Source: Megasphaera elsdenii DSM 20460 (GTDB taxonomy: Bacteria > Bacillota > Negativicutes > Veillonellales > Megasphaeraceae). From it: a stretch of 32,000 nt of DNA. Below are positions 31,553 through 32,000 of the stretch, piece by piece; position 1 is the first letter of the stretch; every line of letters starts with the position of its first letter. A model generated the notes under the pieces. The model was not told the DNA's origin. It was given only the letters and a program-made list of their open reading frames with translations, and ran no database searches. The stretch is taken from contig NZ_CP027570.1 of the NCBI RefSeq assembly GCF_003010495.1, positions 1,110,001-1,142,000 on the forward strand. The letters run 5' to 3'. The position numbers and the translations under genes are program-made.

Positions 31553-31664
31553 GTAGGGGTACCCACGTGGGGCGTCCGCCAAATTTCCAAAATGTCCCGA
31601 AACGTTCCCGAAACGTAGGGGCGCCCGCGTGGGGCGCCCGCCAAATTTCCAAAATGTTCCCGAA
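31553..31664 (+). repeat. 62-nt tandem repeat (about 1.8 copies) of a GTAGGGG-type module between the two hsp20 genes
   Basis: Copies start at 31553 and 31615. The unit is GTAGGGG(T/C)(A/G)CCC(A/G)CGTGGGGCG(T/C)CCGCCAAATTTCCAAAATGT(T)CCCGAA. Copy 1 has an extra internal GTTCCCGAAAC duplication. Confidence 0.9.
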
Positions 31665-31688
31665 TATATTAAAAAGAAGGCATGACTT

Positions 31689-32000
31689 ATGAATAGCTTA
31701 TTCCCCATTGTTGACAATGAATTTTCCGTTCCCGATGTTTTTGATAACTTCTTCAATCGCTTTATGTGGCCCAGTGAATTTACCAGCACGATGCCGAAAG
31801 TCGACATCGAAGACAAAGGCAGCGAATACGTTATGACTGCTGACCTGCCGGGCGTCCAGAAGGAAGACATCCATCTGAGCTATGACAACAACGTCCTGAC
31901 CTTGGCTGCCAGCCACAACGAACAGAAGGACTCCCAGGATGACCAGCACAACTACATCTGCAAAGAACGTTCCAGTTCGTCCTTCTGCCGTCAGTTCCCT
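31689..32000 (+). CDS. hsp20: Second Hsp20-family small heat-shock protein, 3' end beyond the window
   Basis: The frame is open from ATG 31689 to the window edge. It is absent from the track because it has no stop. The translation is MNSLFPIVDNEFSVPDVFDNFFNRF...PKVDIEDKGSEYVMTADLPGVQKEDIHLSYDNNVLTLAA...CKERSSSSFCRQF, a paralogue of the preceding gene. RBS is AGAAGG. Confidence 0.85.
   Translation, partial: MNSLFPIVDNEFSVPDVFDNFFNRFMWPSEFTSTMPKVDIEDKGSEYVMTADLPGVQKEDIHLSYDNNVLTLAASHNEQKDSQDDQHNYICKERSSSSFCRQFP

Overview
Chromosomal segment of a Firmicutes/Negativicutes-type genome. The gene content and the Pct/Lcd proteins look like Megasphaera, but I cannot verify that without a database search.

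Layout:
- Left third (housekeeping): znuB' and zur, a nitroreductase, an arsR/smtB-sixA-thiD-exported-protein string, rnj, and the conserved yybS-gdpP-rplI-lon-like-dnaB block. A five-tRNA cluster (Thr-Tyr-fMet-Thr-Met) follows, behind two tandem near-consensus promoters, and then tuf.
- Middle: mscS, then a compact lactate/acrylate-pathway locus. It holds lactate permease, propionate CoA-transferase, an internally duplicated methylmalonyl-CoA-epimerase-like (VOC) gene, the lactoyl-CoA dehydratase activator plus alpha and beta subunits, and an acyl-CoA dehydrogenase.
- Right: a panE-like reductase (minus strand), a Zn/Cd-type P1B ATPase, a T-box leader in front of an ACS-family MFS anion transporter, and a CIRCE-controlled pair of hsp20 genes. 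The second hsp20 is cut by the window end.

Most interesting points:
1. The duplicated epimerase-like gene sits inside the pct-lcd operon and is a candidate lactoyl-CoA epimerase.
2. A T-box leader with a tentative Phe specifier controls an organic-anion transporter.
3. A modular family of GC-rich intergenic elements occupies five intergenic gaps. Its modules are 7-nt-period TAG-containing arrays in inverted orientation, GTAGGGG hairpin modules (also present as 52-nt and 62-nt tandem repeats), a conserved 45-nt double-hairpin module, and terminators sharing a CTGTCGC/GCGACAG core.

No transposase, phage, CRISPR or defence genes are visible. Long antisense ORFs in the track are shadows of highly expressed genes.
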